In this document: positions 46,644 through 57,174 of the stretch, piece by piece
Position numbering within the stretch: the stretch's first letter is position 1
How the letters are laid out: each line of letters starts with the position of its first letter
Origin: Candidatus Pacebacteria bacterium UBA6180
GTDB taxonomy: Bacteria > Patescibacteriota > Microgenomatia > UBA1400 > PJMF01
Length of the DNA stretch: 64,000 nucleotides
Assembly: GCA_002422165.1 (NCBI GenBank)
Contig: DITQ01000008.1
Span: 35,136 to 99,135, forward strand
Direction of reading: 5' to 3'
Translations under genes and position numbers: made by a program
Notes under the pieces: model-generated
What the model saw: the letters and a program-made list of their open reading frames with translations, nothing else
What the model was told of the DNA's origin: nothing
Databases searched by the model: none

Positions 46644-47747
46644 TTAGAGGTATTCCTTCTTATTTTCTTCTTTGAGACGTTCGACTAGTTTCTTGACATC
46701 TTGACTCTTGTTTTTGGGGCAAATCATCAGGATTTCGTCAGTATCGATGACGATCATATCCTCAATGCCAGAAATCGCCACCAGGCGACCGTCAGTGTGA
46801 ATCAAGTTGCGGTGGGCATTGACGGACAGCGTGCGAGCTTCTTTCTCGTCGCCGATGGTGACGTTGCCGGAGAGGTCTTTTTTGCCTAGTTCATAGACTA
46901 CTTTCCAGTCACCAACATCGTTCCAGCCGAAATCACCAGGGATGAGAACTAAATTATCAGCTTTTTCGCTTATGGCATAGTCGATAGAGATGCTTTCGAT
47001 GTTTTTGTAGACAGTTGGCAAGGCTTTGTGAAAATCTTGACTGCTTAGTTGGTCAAGCTTGGCGCAAACCTTGAGCATTTCTGGCATAAATTTGGCAAAA
47101 GCAGCTTTAAGCTGCGTAGCTGCCCAGACATACATGTTGGCGTTCCAGAAATAGGCGCCTGTTGAGATGAAGGCAATGGCTGTCGGTAGATTGGGCTTCT
47201 CAGTGAAGCTGTCTACTTTGAACAAAGTCAGGCCGCGTTGGATATTTTTAATATCTTTGCCTACCTTGATGTAGCCAAAAGCACTTGTCGGGTAAGCTGG
47301 AGTGATACCAACAGTCACCAGATATGGATTCGCAGTGGCAGTCTCAACTGCAGCCTTCATCACTTTGACGAATTCGGGCAAATCTTCGACAACGTGATCT
47401 GAAGCAGCGTTGATGACAATTGCATTTTCATCTTTACTCTTGGCATAGAGAGCGCCAATCAACATGGCAGCAGCAGTGTCGCGCTTGGCTGGTTCGGCAA
47501 TGATGTTTTCTACTTTGATTTCGGGGAGTTGTTTTTTGACTTCTGCCAAATACATTCGGTTGGTGACGACAATGATGTTTTCCCAGTTTACTAGTTTGTT
47601 GATGCGGGCGGCGGCCACCTGCATCATGGTTTGGTTACCAGTTAATTTAAGGAATTGCTTAGGGGTTTTTTGGCGCGACTTAGGCCAAAGTCTAGTGCCG
47701 CCGCCGCCTGCTAGGAGGACGGCGTAGAGGTGTTTATTGTCGGTCAT
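46644..47747 (-). CDS. manC: Mannose-1-phosphate guanylyltransferase
   Basis: LAGGGGTRLWPKSR..PKQF, EP..RDTA, F.EKP, SIDYA and W.DVG.W. Confidence 0.93.
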   Translation of the reverse strand: MTDNKHLYAVLLAGGGGTRLWPKSRQKTPKQFLKLTGNQTMMQVAAARINKLVNWENIIVVTNRMYLAEVKKQLPEIKVENIIAEPAKRDTAAAMLIGALYAKSKDENAIVINAASDHVVEDLPEFVKVMKAAVETATANPYLVTVGITPAYPTSAFGYIKVGKDIKNIQRGLTLFKVDSFTEKPNLPTAIAFISTGAYFWNANMYVWAATQLKAAFAKFMPEMLKVCAKLDQLSSQDFHKALPTVYKNIESISIDYAISEKADNLVLIPGDFGWNDVGDWKVVYELGKKDLSGNVTIGDEKEARTLSVNAHRNLIHTDGRLVAISGIEDMIVIDTDEILMICPKNKSQDVKKLVERLKEENKKEYL

Positions 47748-48913
47748 AGTTTTCCTTCTTTTTTAGCTTGGTAAGCTTGGCTTAGTGCCTTTCCAAAATT
47801 ACGAGCGAAACTATTTGTATCATATTTTAGAGCATTTTTCTGCAATTGTCGGGAGTCAAACTCCATTTTGGTCAAGTCTTGCAGAGTATTTTGCAAGTTG
47901 TTGGCAATTTTCATCAAACGATCCCCCTCTTTGTAGGGAAAGTGGAGGCCATGTTTACGGTGGGTGATGAGCTCGCTAGCACCGGCTAACTGATTGATGA
48001 CGACAGGTTTGCCAAAAAGATTCCCTTCTAGAGCGGTGATGCTAAAGTCATCGAGACCAGGACTCAAGACGGCCAGGCAATGGCGATATAATTCAGCCAG
48101 TTCTGCTTGGCTGAGATAACTTCGAAAAGTAATGAGTTTTGTTCTAATCAAACTTTTTAGCCGATCTTTTTCTGGACCTTCACCGACGATAATTAGGTGA
48201 TAGCCTAAGCGCTGGCAGGCCAAAATAGCAGCGTCAACGTTTTTGTAAGGTACCAAGCGAGCAACCAGCAGAAAGTAATCTTTGACAGGGTTGCTTGGAT
48301 CTTCATTAGTTGGTTTTTCCTCCAAAAGACCGCGATCAACTGGTGGGTAAATGATGTGGGCAGTTTGCAGACGAGGATAATATTTGTGTGCTCGCTGGGC
48401 TACCACCTTAGCAATTGGTGTAACTAGATCTGGTCGAAAAATAGCGACCTGATCCCATTTCTTCAGATAATTAAGAGCGGTTTGAGCTAGCCAGCGAATT
48501 GGAAAGAAGTTCAGCAAGTGATTTTTTTGCAAATACTCTTCCCTGTAGTGGTATAGATAGCGTGTTGGACTTAGCAAATAGCAGAAGTGCAGTTGGTCAC
48601 GACGGGTTATTACCCCCTTGGCCTCAGCACTGGTGACAGAAATGATGATTTCGTAGCCAGATAAATCCAAGAATTCAAAAGCTAGTGGCATTAAAATTGC
48701 CAGATAGCGATGCAACTTCCGTGCCAGAGGAATTTTTTGTAAAAAAGAAGCTTTCACGACAAAAGCCTTAGCCCAAGAGGCTTTTTTTGGGTCATAAACC
48801 GAGGTAAATAGGGCAGCTTGTGGATAGAGTTTGTGCAATGCCAGAAGGACTTGTTCAGCCCCACCATGAGTTACAGTGGCGCGGTCATAGATGATGGCGA
48901 TTTTGGCGCTCAT
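47744..48913 (-). CDS. Glycosyltransferase family 4
   Basis: GGAEQV, RLVPYK and DDFSITALEG. Start placed at MSAKI. Confidence 0.9.
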   Translation of the reverse strand: MSAKIAIIYDRATVTHGGAEQVLLALHKLYPQAALFTSVYDPKKASWAKAFVVKASFLQKIPLARKLHRYLAILMPLAFEFLDLSGYEIIISVTSAEAKGVITRRDQLHFCYLLSPTRYLYHYREEYLQKNHLLNFFPIRWLAQTALNYLKKWDQVAIFRPDLVTPIAKVVAQRAHKYYPRLQTAHIIYPPVDRGLLEEKPTNEDPSNPVKDYFLLVARLVPYKNVDAAILACQRLGYHLIIVGEGPEKDRLKSLIRTKLITFRSYLSQAELAELYRHCLAVLSPGLDDFSITALEGNLFGKPVVINQLAGASELITHRKHGLHFPYKEGDRLMKIANNLQNTLQDLTKMEFDSRQLQKNALKYDTNSFARNFGKALSQAYQAKKEGKL

Positions 48914-48915
48914 GA

Positions 48916-50067
48916 TTAAACTTCTTCCGACAAATGTTTTTGAAATTCTTGCCAAATGTCCCGAGCCATCCAAGCGAAGCTGTAGCTAGCAGCCAGTTCT
49001 GAGCCTCGGCGCAAAACTTGTTTACGCTCGCTCAGTTCTAAGTTTTTGACGGCGCGCAAAAAGTCTTCTGGAGAATGAGGATCAAAGAAAAAAGCTGCCT
49101 TCCCATAAGTTTCTCGAAAAATTGGAATGTCGGAAGCCAAGACAGCAGTTTGGCTAGCCATGGCTTCAACGCCAGTCAGGCCAAAGCCCTCAGAAAAAGA
49201 GGGTTGTACCAGAGCCAAAGATTTCTGGTAAAGCTCAATAAGCTTTTCATCTTTGACATAACCCAGAAAAATAACTTGTTTTTTGACCTTATAATTGGAA
49301 ATTAATGCTTTGATTTGGTCTTGAAATAGGTTCCGAGAGCTGGCGATCAAAAGTTTGTATTTGGGCAACTTTTTAAGACTCTTGATAATTAATTTTAAGT
49401 TTTTGTGAGGATAAAGTGAGCCAGTGTAAATTAATTGTTTATGAATTTTTTGTTTAAGCTTTGGTGCATGTAAAGCTTTTTGGTAAGCTGGAGCGATACC
49501 TTCTTTGCTGATTAAGACTTTGTTCTTAGAGCTTGGATAGTAGTGAACAATGGTTTTGTAAATGGTGCGACTGGGAACAAAAATAGCCTGAGCTCTTTTG
49601 ATTGCTCTAGAGCTGATGAGGCGGTAAGCCAAATACTTGATGGGGTATTGCCAAGCCTTGAGGGTGGTGGCTTGCAGACCTTTTTGTTCGTGCCATAGTA
49701 AATCATGAATTGTAATGATCAGTTTGCCAGAGTAAGCCAAAGGTACATTCCAGTGCGGAACATACAAAAGATTTAAGTGAGCTCGTCGGTAAATCATGGG
49801 TAGGAGCAATTGTTCACGTAAACCGTAGTGTTTAATGCCGGTGAAGACGAGTTCGATTCGCGGATGATTCAAAGAATTTCCGAGAACCTGCTTGGCTTGG
49901 CGGCGGTCAAAGAAAAAAATCACGAAGGTGGTTTCTAGGTTTTTGGCTTGGTCTGCTAAAGGCAAGAGTTCTCTAATCAGGTTTTCACTATAGCGACCAA
50001 TTCCAGCGTGGGCTTGGCCAGCTAGTCGTGCGTCAATGCCGATGCGAAATTGTTTATTAGCGACCAT
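48916..50067 (-). CDS. Glycosyltransferase family 4
   Basis: GIDAR, GIGRY, TIHDL, HKN and EGFGL...EAM. Confidence 0.92.
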   Translation of the reverse strand: MVANKQFRIGIDARLAGQAHAGIGRYSENLIRELLPLADQAKNLETTFVIFFFDRRQAKQVLGNSLNHPRIELVFTGIKHYGLREQLLLPMIYRRAHLNLLYVPHWNVPLAYSGKLIITIHDLLWHEQKGLQATTLKAWQYPIKYLAYRLISSRAIKRAQAIFVPSRTIYKTIVHYYPSSKNKVLISKEGIAPAYQKALHAPKLKQKIHKQLIYTGSLYPHKNLKLIIKSLKKLPKYKLLIASSRNLFQDQIKALISNYKVKKQVIFLGYVKDEKLIELYQKSLALVQPSFSEGFGLTGVEAMASQTAVLASDIPIFRETYGKAAFFFDPHSPEDFLRAVKNLELSERKQVLRRGSELAASYSFAWMARDIWQEFQKHLSEEV

Positions 50068-50947
50068 CTGTTTTGATTAGGACAAAATACTTAACTAAAT
50101 TACGAAAAAATTTTGGATATTTATCTAAATAATGTTTATCATAATACTGCAGCATGGTCTTGTAGAAGTGCTGCCTAGTCATCATAGCAGTTTTTTTGTT
50201 GCTACTTTTGATACCAGACTTATTTTTGTAGTGGATGATTTTGATTTTTGGATAAAAAACAATTTGGTAGCCGCTATCGCGAAAACGTTTGCACCAGTCT
50301 AGATCTTCAGCATACATGAAGAAGTTTTCATCAAGTAGGCCGACTTTTTTGACTGCGTTATTTCTGACGATCATAGCGGCGCCACTACAAGCATCAATCT
50401 GGTGAATTTCCTGGAGGTTTTTGTAGCTTTGGTGATAGCTGCCAAAAAGTTTAGTTTTGGGAAATATTTTCTCTAAGCCGATAATATAAGAGAAACTCGC
50501 AAAAGGGGTGGGTTCTCCACGATGGCAGGCTGGATCTAAATCTCCATCGCCTAGTTCAATTCTTGGTGAAGCAACTGCTACTTCTTTGTGTTGATCTAAA
50601 TAGTCAATAATTTCATCTAGGTTGGACTGCGAAGCATCTAGAAATTCAGTGTCGGAGTTGAGCAGCATGAGATAACGAGCCTCGTTTTTTTTAATAGCGA
50701 CATTATTGCCAAAAGCAAAGCCGCCATTTCGTCCTGATTCAAGAATAGTAACCCACTTAAAATTCCTTTGTAGTACTTTAATAGAATCGTCGGTGCTAGC
50801 ATTATCAACAATTGTCACTTCAACCTTATATTTGCTCTTACTCAAATAATTTTTTTTCAAGCTAGGCAATAATTTTTTGAGCCAAAATTGACCGTTGTAA
50901 TTGAGTATGATGATGTTTAAATCTGCTGTTTGTTTATAGTTTCGCAT
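50057..50947 (-). CDS. Glycosyltransferase family 2 (rhamnosyltransferase-like)
   Basis: VDNAS.D, N.GFA..NN, LLNSD and FFMYAED.D. Confidence 0.92.
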   Translation of the reverse strand: MRNYKQTADLNIIILNYNGQFWLKKLLPSLKKNYLSKSKYKVEVTIVDNASTDDSIKVLQRNFKWVTILESGRNGGFAFGNNVAIKKNEARYLMLLNSDTEFLDASQSNLDEIIDYLDQHKEVAVASPRIELGDGDLDPACHRGEPTPFASFSYIIGLEKIFPKTKLFGSYHQSYKNLQEIHQIDACSGAAMIVRNNAVKKVGLLDENFFMYAEDLDWCKRFRDSGYQIVFYPKIKIIHYKNKSGIKSSNKKTAMMTRQHFYKTMLQYYDKHYLDKYPKFFRNLVKYFVLIKTDGR

Positions 50948-52133
50948 AATTTCCTATTTCTCGATAAATTTTATCTAATTTATTCGAGATTAAATTCCAA
51001 TCATAGTTTTGACTGACAAAATCTTTGCCGTTTCTAGACAGTTTCTGCCAAAGCTTTTTATCACTTAGAACCTTGACTGTCAAATCTGCCATTTCTTTGG
51101 GTAGATTGCTGGTTAGAACCTGTTCGCCATTTTTGATTTTTAGACCTTCGACAGCAATTTGGCTAGCTACAACTGGAGTACCACTGGCCATGGCTTCTAG
51201 AATTTTATAGCGTGTGCCTTTGCCACTAAAAACTGGTGCCAACAAAACATCGGCGCTGTTAAAGGCGTCGCGAATGTCCTCCACTCTGCCAGTGACGCTA
51301 ATCTGTGGATCATTCTGGCCATAAGAAATTACTCGCTTAGTTGGAGCATTACCAACTATCAAAAGTCGTGCGTTTGGAATTTGCATCTTGATTGATGGCC
51401 AAACCTTCGTGACCAAAAAATCTACTGCTTCGATGTTTGGTAGCCATTTAAATGTCCCAACTGACAAGATTGTAGGCTGCTTGGTCTGTTGGCGTTTGAT
51501 AGCGGCAAACCAGGCTGTATCTACACCGTTGGCAACTACATCAATTTTTTCTTTATTGATTTCTTTGCCAATGAAATGACGATCCTCTTCACTCATCACG
51601 ATCAAGCGCTCGGCTTTTTGCCAGTAGTATTTCTCCCAGCGGTGGATTTTCTGAACATCTATACTAAGCAAGACATGTAAATAAAAAGGAAGCTTTTTGA
51701 CGTAACTCTCGTAACCTAAGTATTCAATGGTTTGTTCAACCAAAATGATGGGAATCTGACAGTCTGGAATGTGGGGCATCATGTAAAAAGTTTCAGCATG
51801 GATGAGATCATAATCATTTTGAGCGATTTCACGGCGCACTGCTTCGAGACTCCCCTGTGCTTGGTTGCGAATGACTAGAAAAGGAAAGCTAGAAAAAATA
51901 GTTTTGAAAATATTTTTAAGAGTGAAAGGCTTTTCACTTCGCTTGAAAACTCTGACTTTGTGGCAATATTTTTCTAATTCTTTGACGTGTTTTTTCTCAT
52001 CTTCACTTTTAATAAGCGAAAAAAGAGTGATTTGGTGTTTTTGGCTCAGTTTCTTTAGTAAATTATAGGTTCTAATTTGCCCACCAGAAAGCAGAGGATA
52101 TGGCAGGTAGGGAGTGAGCATCAAAATTTTCAT
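50934..52133 (-). CDS. Glycosyltransferase family 4
   Basis: PYP..SGG.IR, NGVD and G.GTR.KILEAMA.G.PVV. Confidence 0.92.
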   Translation of the reverse strand: MKILMLTPYLPYPLLSGGQIRTYNLLKKLSQKHQITLFSLIKSEDEKKHVKELEKYCHKVRVFKRSEKPFTLKNIFKTIFSSFPFLVIRNQAQGSLEAVRREIAQNDYDLIHAETFYMMPHIPDCQIPIILVEQTIEYLGYESYVKKLPFYLHVLLSIDVQKIHRWEKYYWQKAERLIVMSEEDRHFIGKEINKEKIDVVANGVDTAWFAAIKRQQTKQPTILSVGTFKWLPNIEAVDFLVTKVWPSIKMQIPNARLLIVGNAPTKRVISYGQNDPQISVTGRVEDIRDAFNSADVLLAPVFSGKGTRYKILEAMASGTPVVASQIAVEGLKIKNGEQVLTSNLPKEMADLTVKVLSDKKLWQKLSRNGKDFVSQNYDWNLISNKLDKIYREIGNYAKL

Positions 52134-53584
52134 GGTTTCTCTGTCCGCAAGTCAATGATAATGTAGTCGGCAGTTTTAGCAAGCGCTTGATATTTTGCCT
52201 CCAGTTCTCTAGCTTCGTCATCATAACTAGTAGAAACATAGATGCTAGCTCCTTTGTTAATTTTGTCTTCAATTTCTAAGCCAATGGGCCAGCCACGGCG
52301 ATTAGCTTGAAATAGGAACTGGGTGTCCCCCATGGCAGGAGCGATGACGATGGCGTCTTTGGCCACCAGTTGATCGACGACTGCTCCAGCCTGAATGTAT
52401 TCCCAATGGTTAATGTTAAAGTAGCCTAAAACTTGCTTGGCAGAGAAAAAGATTCCAAAAATAAAAATAAAACCAACAGTAAGGGTAGCAATTTTTCGAT
52501 TTAATAGTTGGTGTAAAATCATCACTCCACGAGCAACAGAAATTGCCACGATGGGTAGGATGAGGTTTTGGTAGTAATCATGCATGACGTTGCCAGTTGC
52601 GATGACTGAAAAATAAAGCAACACAGATAGCCACCAGGCTCCGTAAAAGTAAAAGTCTTTATTTTTTTTCAGTAAATTGCTAAATAGAAAAATCACCCCG
52701 AAATATCCCAAGAATAATTTAGTAATTCTCTCGTAAAAAAGCCAGCGAAACCAGGCAGGTCGAAAACGAATAGGAGCAGTGTCGACAACAGTAACGCTAT
52801 TAAATAACCAGTCGGAAACAGGGACGCCGCTTGGGAAGCTTTTTATCCATTCTCGCCACCAGAACATAGGAGCGAAAGCTAAAACTGGCAGCAAATATAT
52901 TCTTGGGTCAAGTAAAATTTTATTTTGGCGGAATTGCCATAAAATTATCAAGTAAACAGGGGCTAAAAAAACCACGAAAGGTTTAAGTAGCGCGGCTAGA
53001 GCGAGACCAGCGATAGATAGAAAGTAGCTGGACCATTTTTTAGTTTTGGCGAAAAGGTAGAATTGCCACAAACCCAAAGTCGAAAAAAACAAAAAATAAG
53101 GTTCTGGCAAAATTACGCGAGAGTAGTAAACGCTGTAAGGCAAAATCGCATAAACCAAAGCACTGAGTATAGCCAATTTAGAATCAGAAACTTCTCTGAC
53201 CAGCTGGTAAAGGACATAAATCGTCAATAGAGATACAAAAACGGACGACAAGCGACTCAAAAGCACCAGGTCTAAGCTAGGAAAGTTGCGTAAAATAGAG
53301 GCAAGCAAAGCATTGATAAAGGGAAATTCGACCATGCGATAACCCTCTAGATTATCTAAGCCGGACTGAATATTAGATAGATCATGGTATTGTGGGCGCA
53401 GCAGATCAATTTTTTCGGCCTTTACATATTCCCTGGTGACTGAGGCGGTGTCAGCTTGACGAAAAGCGTGCCAATCAGCAATGGGATTATCAATGCGGTA
53501 AAGTCGCAAAACTAAGGCCAAGAACAAAACCAATAGTAGTTTGGTGCGGGGTTGCTCAAGAGCTTTTTTTAGCTTTTTTAACAT
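52130..53584 (-). CDS. GT-C fold (PMT/ArnT-like) membrane glycosyltransferase
   Basis: WHAFRQADT, EFP and YYSR..LPE motifs; multi-TM. Confidence 0.8.
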   Translation of the reverse strand: MLKKLKKALEQPRTKLLLVLFLALVLRLYRIDNPIADWHAFRQADTASVTREYVKAEKIDLLRPQYHDLSNIQSGLDNLEGYRMVEFPFINALLASILRNFPSLDLVLLSRLSSVFVSLLTIYVLYQLVREVSDSKLAILSALVYAILPYSVYYSRVILPEPYFLFFSTLGLWQFYLFAKTKKWSSYFLSIAGLALAALLKPFVVFLAPVYLIILWQFRQNKILLDPRIYLLPVLAFAPMFWWREWIKSFPSGVPVSDWLFNSVTVVDTAPIRFRPAWFRWLFYERITKLFLGYFGVIFLFSNLLKKNKDFYFYGAWWLSVLLYFSVIATGNVMHDYYQNLILPIVAISVARGVMILHQLLNRKIATLTVGFIFIFGIFFSAKQVLGYFNINHWEYIQAGAVVDQLVAKDAIVIAPAMGDTQFLFQANRRGWPIGLEIEDKINKGASIYVSTSYDDEARELEAKYQALAKTADYIIIDLRTEKP

Positions 53585-55196
53585 TATTTTTAATAGCTAG
53601 TTTATTGTAGGCCAGAATTGCTCCTGCCAAAGCCCAGTAAGTAAAGGCTACCTTGGAAGAAGCAAAGACATCGATGTAAGTGGCGTTTAGTAACAAGCCC
53701 ACGCTAGCAGCAATAAAGGCGATATTGGCGATTTGTAGCTGTTTGTCTTGGCTTTGTTTCTGTTGACGATACAAGACAGCTAGCAGAGTGAAGATGCCAC
53801 CATAAAAGCTTAGGAAACCGAGTAAGCCAGTCTCCCCCAAGGTGCGCAAGAAATTATTGTCAGTGCTCTCGGCTTCAGTAAACTGCTGAAACTCTTTTTT
53901 GTTGAGGGTGGCGTAGCCAGAACCAAGCAGGGGATTTCTGACGAATCCTTTGATAGCATTAGGCCAGAGCTCATCGAGACGAATGGCAAAAGACAAGCCA
54001 TATTTAAGAGCGTTATCTGACCAAACTCGAGGTTTTTCCACATAAGTGATAGTTATGGCGCCCTGACTAGACTCGGTGCTAACTGCTACTCGATCAGGAA
54101 TGTCTGCATAGACATCAGCTGGTCTGGTAGTTACGGGTTGAGTGTCAGTGCGTGTCAAAACGCTATCGAGATCAGTGTTGTCAAAAGCAATGCCGTTTTG
54201 AGGTTTGTTTCTTTCTCGTAGTTCTTTGATTTTGGCAATTGGATTTTCCAGGAATTCTCCTTGTTTAACCAGGAACTCTTTAGATTTTTGGTAAGGTTCG
54301 AAAATGGCTGGATAAGCCTGTAGGGTGTGTTCAAGTCGCTCGCGCATGTCGGCGCCAAAAACCAGCATCATCAAAGCCACTAAAAGCAAGTAAGCGCTAG
54401 ATTTTTTGAAAAAATAACCAACTTTCGCTAGAAATCCTGGCTTACTGAGGGTAAAAATCAACAGGCCAGACAAAACAGCACCAATATAAGCAATAAAAGA
54501 AGTGCGTGAGGCACTCATGACTAGCAACCAAAGGCCAAGCAGGTGCACACCGTGTAGAGTGGTTTTTTGCCATTTTTGCTGGTTGTGAATAGCGAAAAGG
54601 TAGAAAATTGGTAGAACTATGACTAGGTAGGCTGCCAGATCATAATGTCCACCAAAAGTGGATTGGATGCGGGCATGTTCAGTTAAATAAAGCACCATAC
54701 CTTTGCTAAATTCGCGGTTCATGGTCGAAAAAACTGGCCAATACCAATAGCGTTGGCCGTAGCCGTAAACCACCACAGCCAAGACGGTGAAAGCCAGAGC
54801 ATAAAAAATGACCTTGAGATCTTTGGGTTTCTTGATGGCAGAGAACATAATAAAAAATAAGACAAAATATTCAGTGTATCTAAATAAGTGTAGGACAGAT
54901 TTACCAACGTGAATTAATTCTAGAGGGATAGTTTTGATGAGAAACATTGCTGAGAGGATAGAAAGACTGGCAAAGCCAAGATAGGCAAAAATCCAGGGTG
55001 TAAGCTGATTTTTGAAATCAAGCTTGCGCCGCCAAAGTTGAACAAGATAGTAAAGGAAAGCTGCCAGCACAAACACGTCTTCCACCCTCACTCTGACAAT
55101 GTAGCCAGGCAGGACATCAAAAAGAGGAATTTTTGGGTAAAGCGGGATGAAAGCAAGTAGAAAACTGGCGATGATGAGCAAGAAGTTTTTTGACAT
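53556..55196 (-). CDS. O-antigen ligase (WaaL/O-OST)-like protein
   Basis: R..STFGG, SASR.S, R...W..A...F..NPLLG.G and DN..LR.LGETG.LG. Confidence 0.85.
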   Translation of the reverse strand: MSKNFLLIIASFLLAFIPLYPKIPLFDVLPGYIVRVRVEDVFVLAAFLYYLVQLWRRKLDFKNQLTPWIFAYLGFASLSILSAMFLIKTIPLELIHVGKSVLHLFRYTEYFVLFFIMFSAIKKPKDLKVIFYALAFTVLAVVVYGYGQRYWYWPVFSTMNREFSKGMVLYLTEHARIQSTFGGHYDLAAYLVIVLPIFYLFAIHNQQKWQKTTLHGVHLLGLWLLVMSASRTSFIAYIGAVLSGLLIFTLSKPGFLAKVGYFFKKSSAYLLLVALMMLVFGADMRERLEHTLQAYPAIFEPYQKSKEFLVKQGEFLENPIAKIKELRERNKPQNGIAFDNTDLDSVLTRTDTQPVTTRPADVYADIPDRVAVSTESSQGAITITYVEKPRVWSDNALKYGLSFAIRLDELWPNAIKGFVRNPLLGSGYATLNKKEFQQFTEAESTDNNFLRTLGETGLLGFLSFYGGIFTLLAVLYRQQKQSQDKQLQIANIAFIAASVGLLLNATYIDVFASSKVAFTYWALAGAILAYNKLAIKNNVKKAKKSS

Positions 55197-55226
55197 CGGT
55201 TAACAATCTATTTTATATCTTTAACT

Positions 55227-56219
55227 TCACTTAAGCAAAGCTCTCGCCTCTTTGTAAATTTGTGCAGGGACACTTCGACCACGTAGTGAATAGTAGATTT
55301 GACGAAGCAGACAGCCCTTGAAAAGAATGAGTTTGAGCAGCGGTAGTTGCCAGCTTGGCTTGTGTTTGCGCCAAATGTAGAGATAGCCTTTGATTTCTCC
55401 GAGAATAGCATTGCGTGAGGAAGAGCTGGCTTGACCGAAATGAACAATCTTCGCTTTGGGGTGAATGGCGACGTCGAAATGGTGATGATGAGCACGCAGG
55501 CAATATTCCTGGTCTTCGCCATACATGAAAATATTTTCGTCCAGCATGCCAATTTCATCGATGAGTTCACGACGAATCAGCATGGCGGTGCCAGCCACCC
55601 AACCTTTGGAGATAAGTTTGGGAGTGTTTTCGTCATAACTTTGAAAAGCAAAATCACTCAAGCCAGTATGCTGGGTAGAGGGGAAAAATTTGCCAAAAAA
55701 AGGAACGTCATCGAGGAAAAGCATCTGAGAAGTAACAGTTAGCAGGCTGGGCAACGAGCCACCTTGGTTTTGGATGCTGCCATCTTCGTTGAGTAAAGTT
55801 GGCGCCAAGATGCCAAGTTTATCAAATGGCCCACTACTTTGCAGGCTGGCAGTTTTTTCTTGAACGGCGGTTTTTTCCATGGTTTCGACCAGTAGGCGTA
55901 GGCTACCTGGTTGAGTGATAGTATCGGAATTGAGTAGCAAAAGATATTTGCCTTTGGCCAGTTTGGAAGCGTGGTTATTGGCACGAGCGAAACCTAGGTT
56001 TTTTTTGTTGACTAGAACTTGGTAATGAGGAAACTTGAGTTTTTGAAGTAAGTTTTTGCAGGCCTTCACTGAATCATCGTTGGAATTATTGTCGACGACG
56101 AAAATTTCAGTTTGGTCTTTAAGCAACTTGGTAGAATTAATTTCCTGGATGGCGCTCTCCAGAGTTTGTATGGTTAAGTCTTTGGTGTTGTAAGAGACAA
56201 CGATGATGGAGAGTTTCAT
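55227..56219 (-). CDS. Glycosyltransferase family 2
   Basis: LSIIVVSYNT, VVDN.S.D, NLGFARANN, LLNSD and FMYGED. Confidence 0.92.
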   Translation of the reverse strand: MKLSIIVVSYNTKDLTIQTLESAIQEINSTKLLKDQTEIFVVDNNSNDDSVKACKNLLQKLKFPHYQVLVNKKNLGFARANNHASKLAKGKYLLLLNSDTITQPGSLRLLVETMEKTAVQEKTASLQSSGPFDKLGILAPTLLNEDGSIQNQGGSLPSLLTVTSQMLFLDDVPFFGKFFPSTQHTGLSDFAFQSYDENTPKLISKGWVAGTAMLIRRELIDEIGMLDENIFMYGEDQEYCLRAHHHHFDVAIHPKAKIVHFGQASSSSRNAILGEIKGYLYIWRKHKPSWQLPLLKLILFKGCLLRQIYYSLRGRSVPAQIYKEARALLK

Positions 56220-57172
56220 AAACGCCTTTTGACAAAATTTTTCAGTTTGACAGTAGTTAGCTTTATTCTATCAAGAAATGAAACTTTTTCAGCTCCGACA
56301 CTAAGCAGCGTGCCGCCAATTGAGAGAAGCATGCTGAGAAGTAGGACGAGGGAGAGCTTTTCACCATAAAGCATGATGCCAGCGAGAGCGGCAAATTCTG
56401 GTGATAATAAACTACCAAGCGAAGCGGTATTGGCGGAAAGATACTTGATAGACATTTGACTAAAACCCATGAAAAGCAAGGCACTTAGAGCGATCACTAA
56501 CATAGCCAAGAGCGATTGGGGGTTAATTTGCTCTAAGCCCTGCAGGTGAAGACTATAAATTGCTAATGGAAAAAGTAAGATGGTCAGAGCCAAATTGATG
56601 ATCAAGACCATTTCCAGAATAGAAAAAGCACCACTGAGTTTTTTGGAAAAAACCAAATAAGCAGAATAGCCAAACATACCGATAAAAATCAAGAAATTTC
56701 CGTAAAAAGTCCCCAGAGACAACCTCTCTTCTGGCGATTTGGAGAAAAAAAGCAGTAGCAAAACGCCAGCAAATGCCAAAGACATGCCAAGCGCTTTTTT
56801 AGGATTGATGCGCTCACCTAATAAAAAGTAAGCCAGCAGGCTGGTGGCGATTGGGGTGAAAACATAAATAAGCTGCGAAGCAATTAGTGTGGTGTGAGAA
56901 ACACCAAAAGAAAACATGGTTATGTTGAGACCCAAGCCTAGACCGAGCATTAAGGCAAGCAGAAAATATTTTTTTTGAAAAATTAAATGATAACGGAATC
57001 GACCTCTAAAAAAGCCCAAGAGCAAAAGTAACCCTAAAGAAATTCTAAACCAATTAAGTAAAAAAGGATGGACTAGGGTGGCGCCATAACGAATTACTGA
57101 AGGTAAAATTGCTCCACCAACAAAAGCCGCAGCAAGCAAAGCAAACAAACCAAATAATTTGTCTCTAGTCAT
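56216..57172 (-). CDS. EamA/DMT-family transporter
   Basis: About 10 TM segments, two EamA repeats ending LGE/GE. Confidence 0.88.
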   Translation of the reverse strand: MTRDKLFGLFALLAAAFVGGAILPSVIRYGATLVHPFLLNWFRISLGLLLLLGFFRGRFRYHLIFQKKYFLLALMLGLGLGLNITMFSFGVSHTTLIASQLIYVFTPIATSLLAYFLLGERINPKKALGMSLAFAGVLLLLFFSKSPEERLSLGTFYGNFLIFIGMFGYSAYLVFSKKLSGAFSILEMVLIINLALTILLFPLAIYSLHLQGLEQINPQSLLAMLVIALSALLFMGFSQMSIKYLSANTASLGSLLSPEFAALAGIMLYGEKLSLVLLLSMLLSIGGTLLSVGAEKVSFLDRIKLTTVKLKNFVKRRL

Positions 57173-57174
57173 AA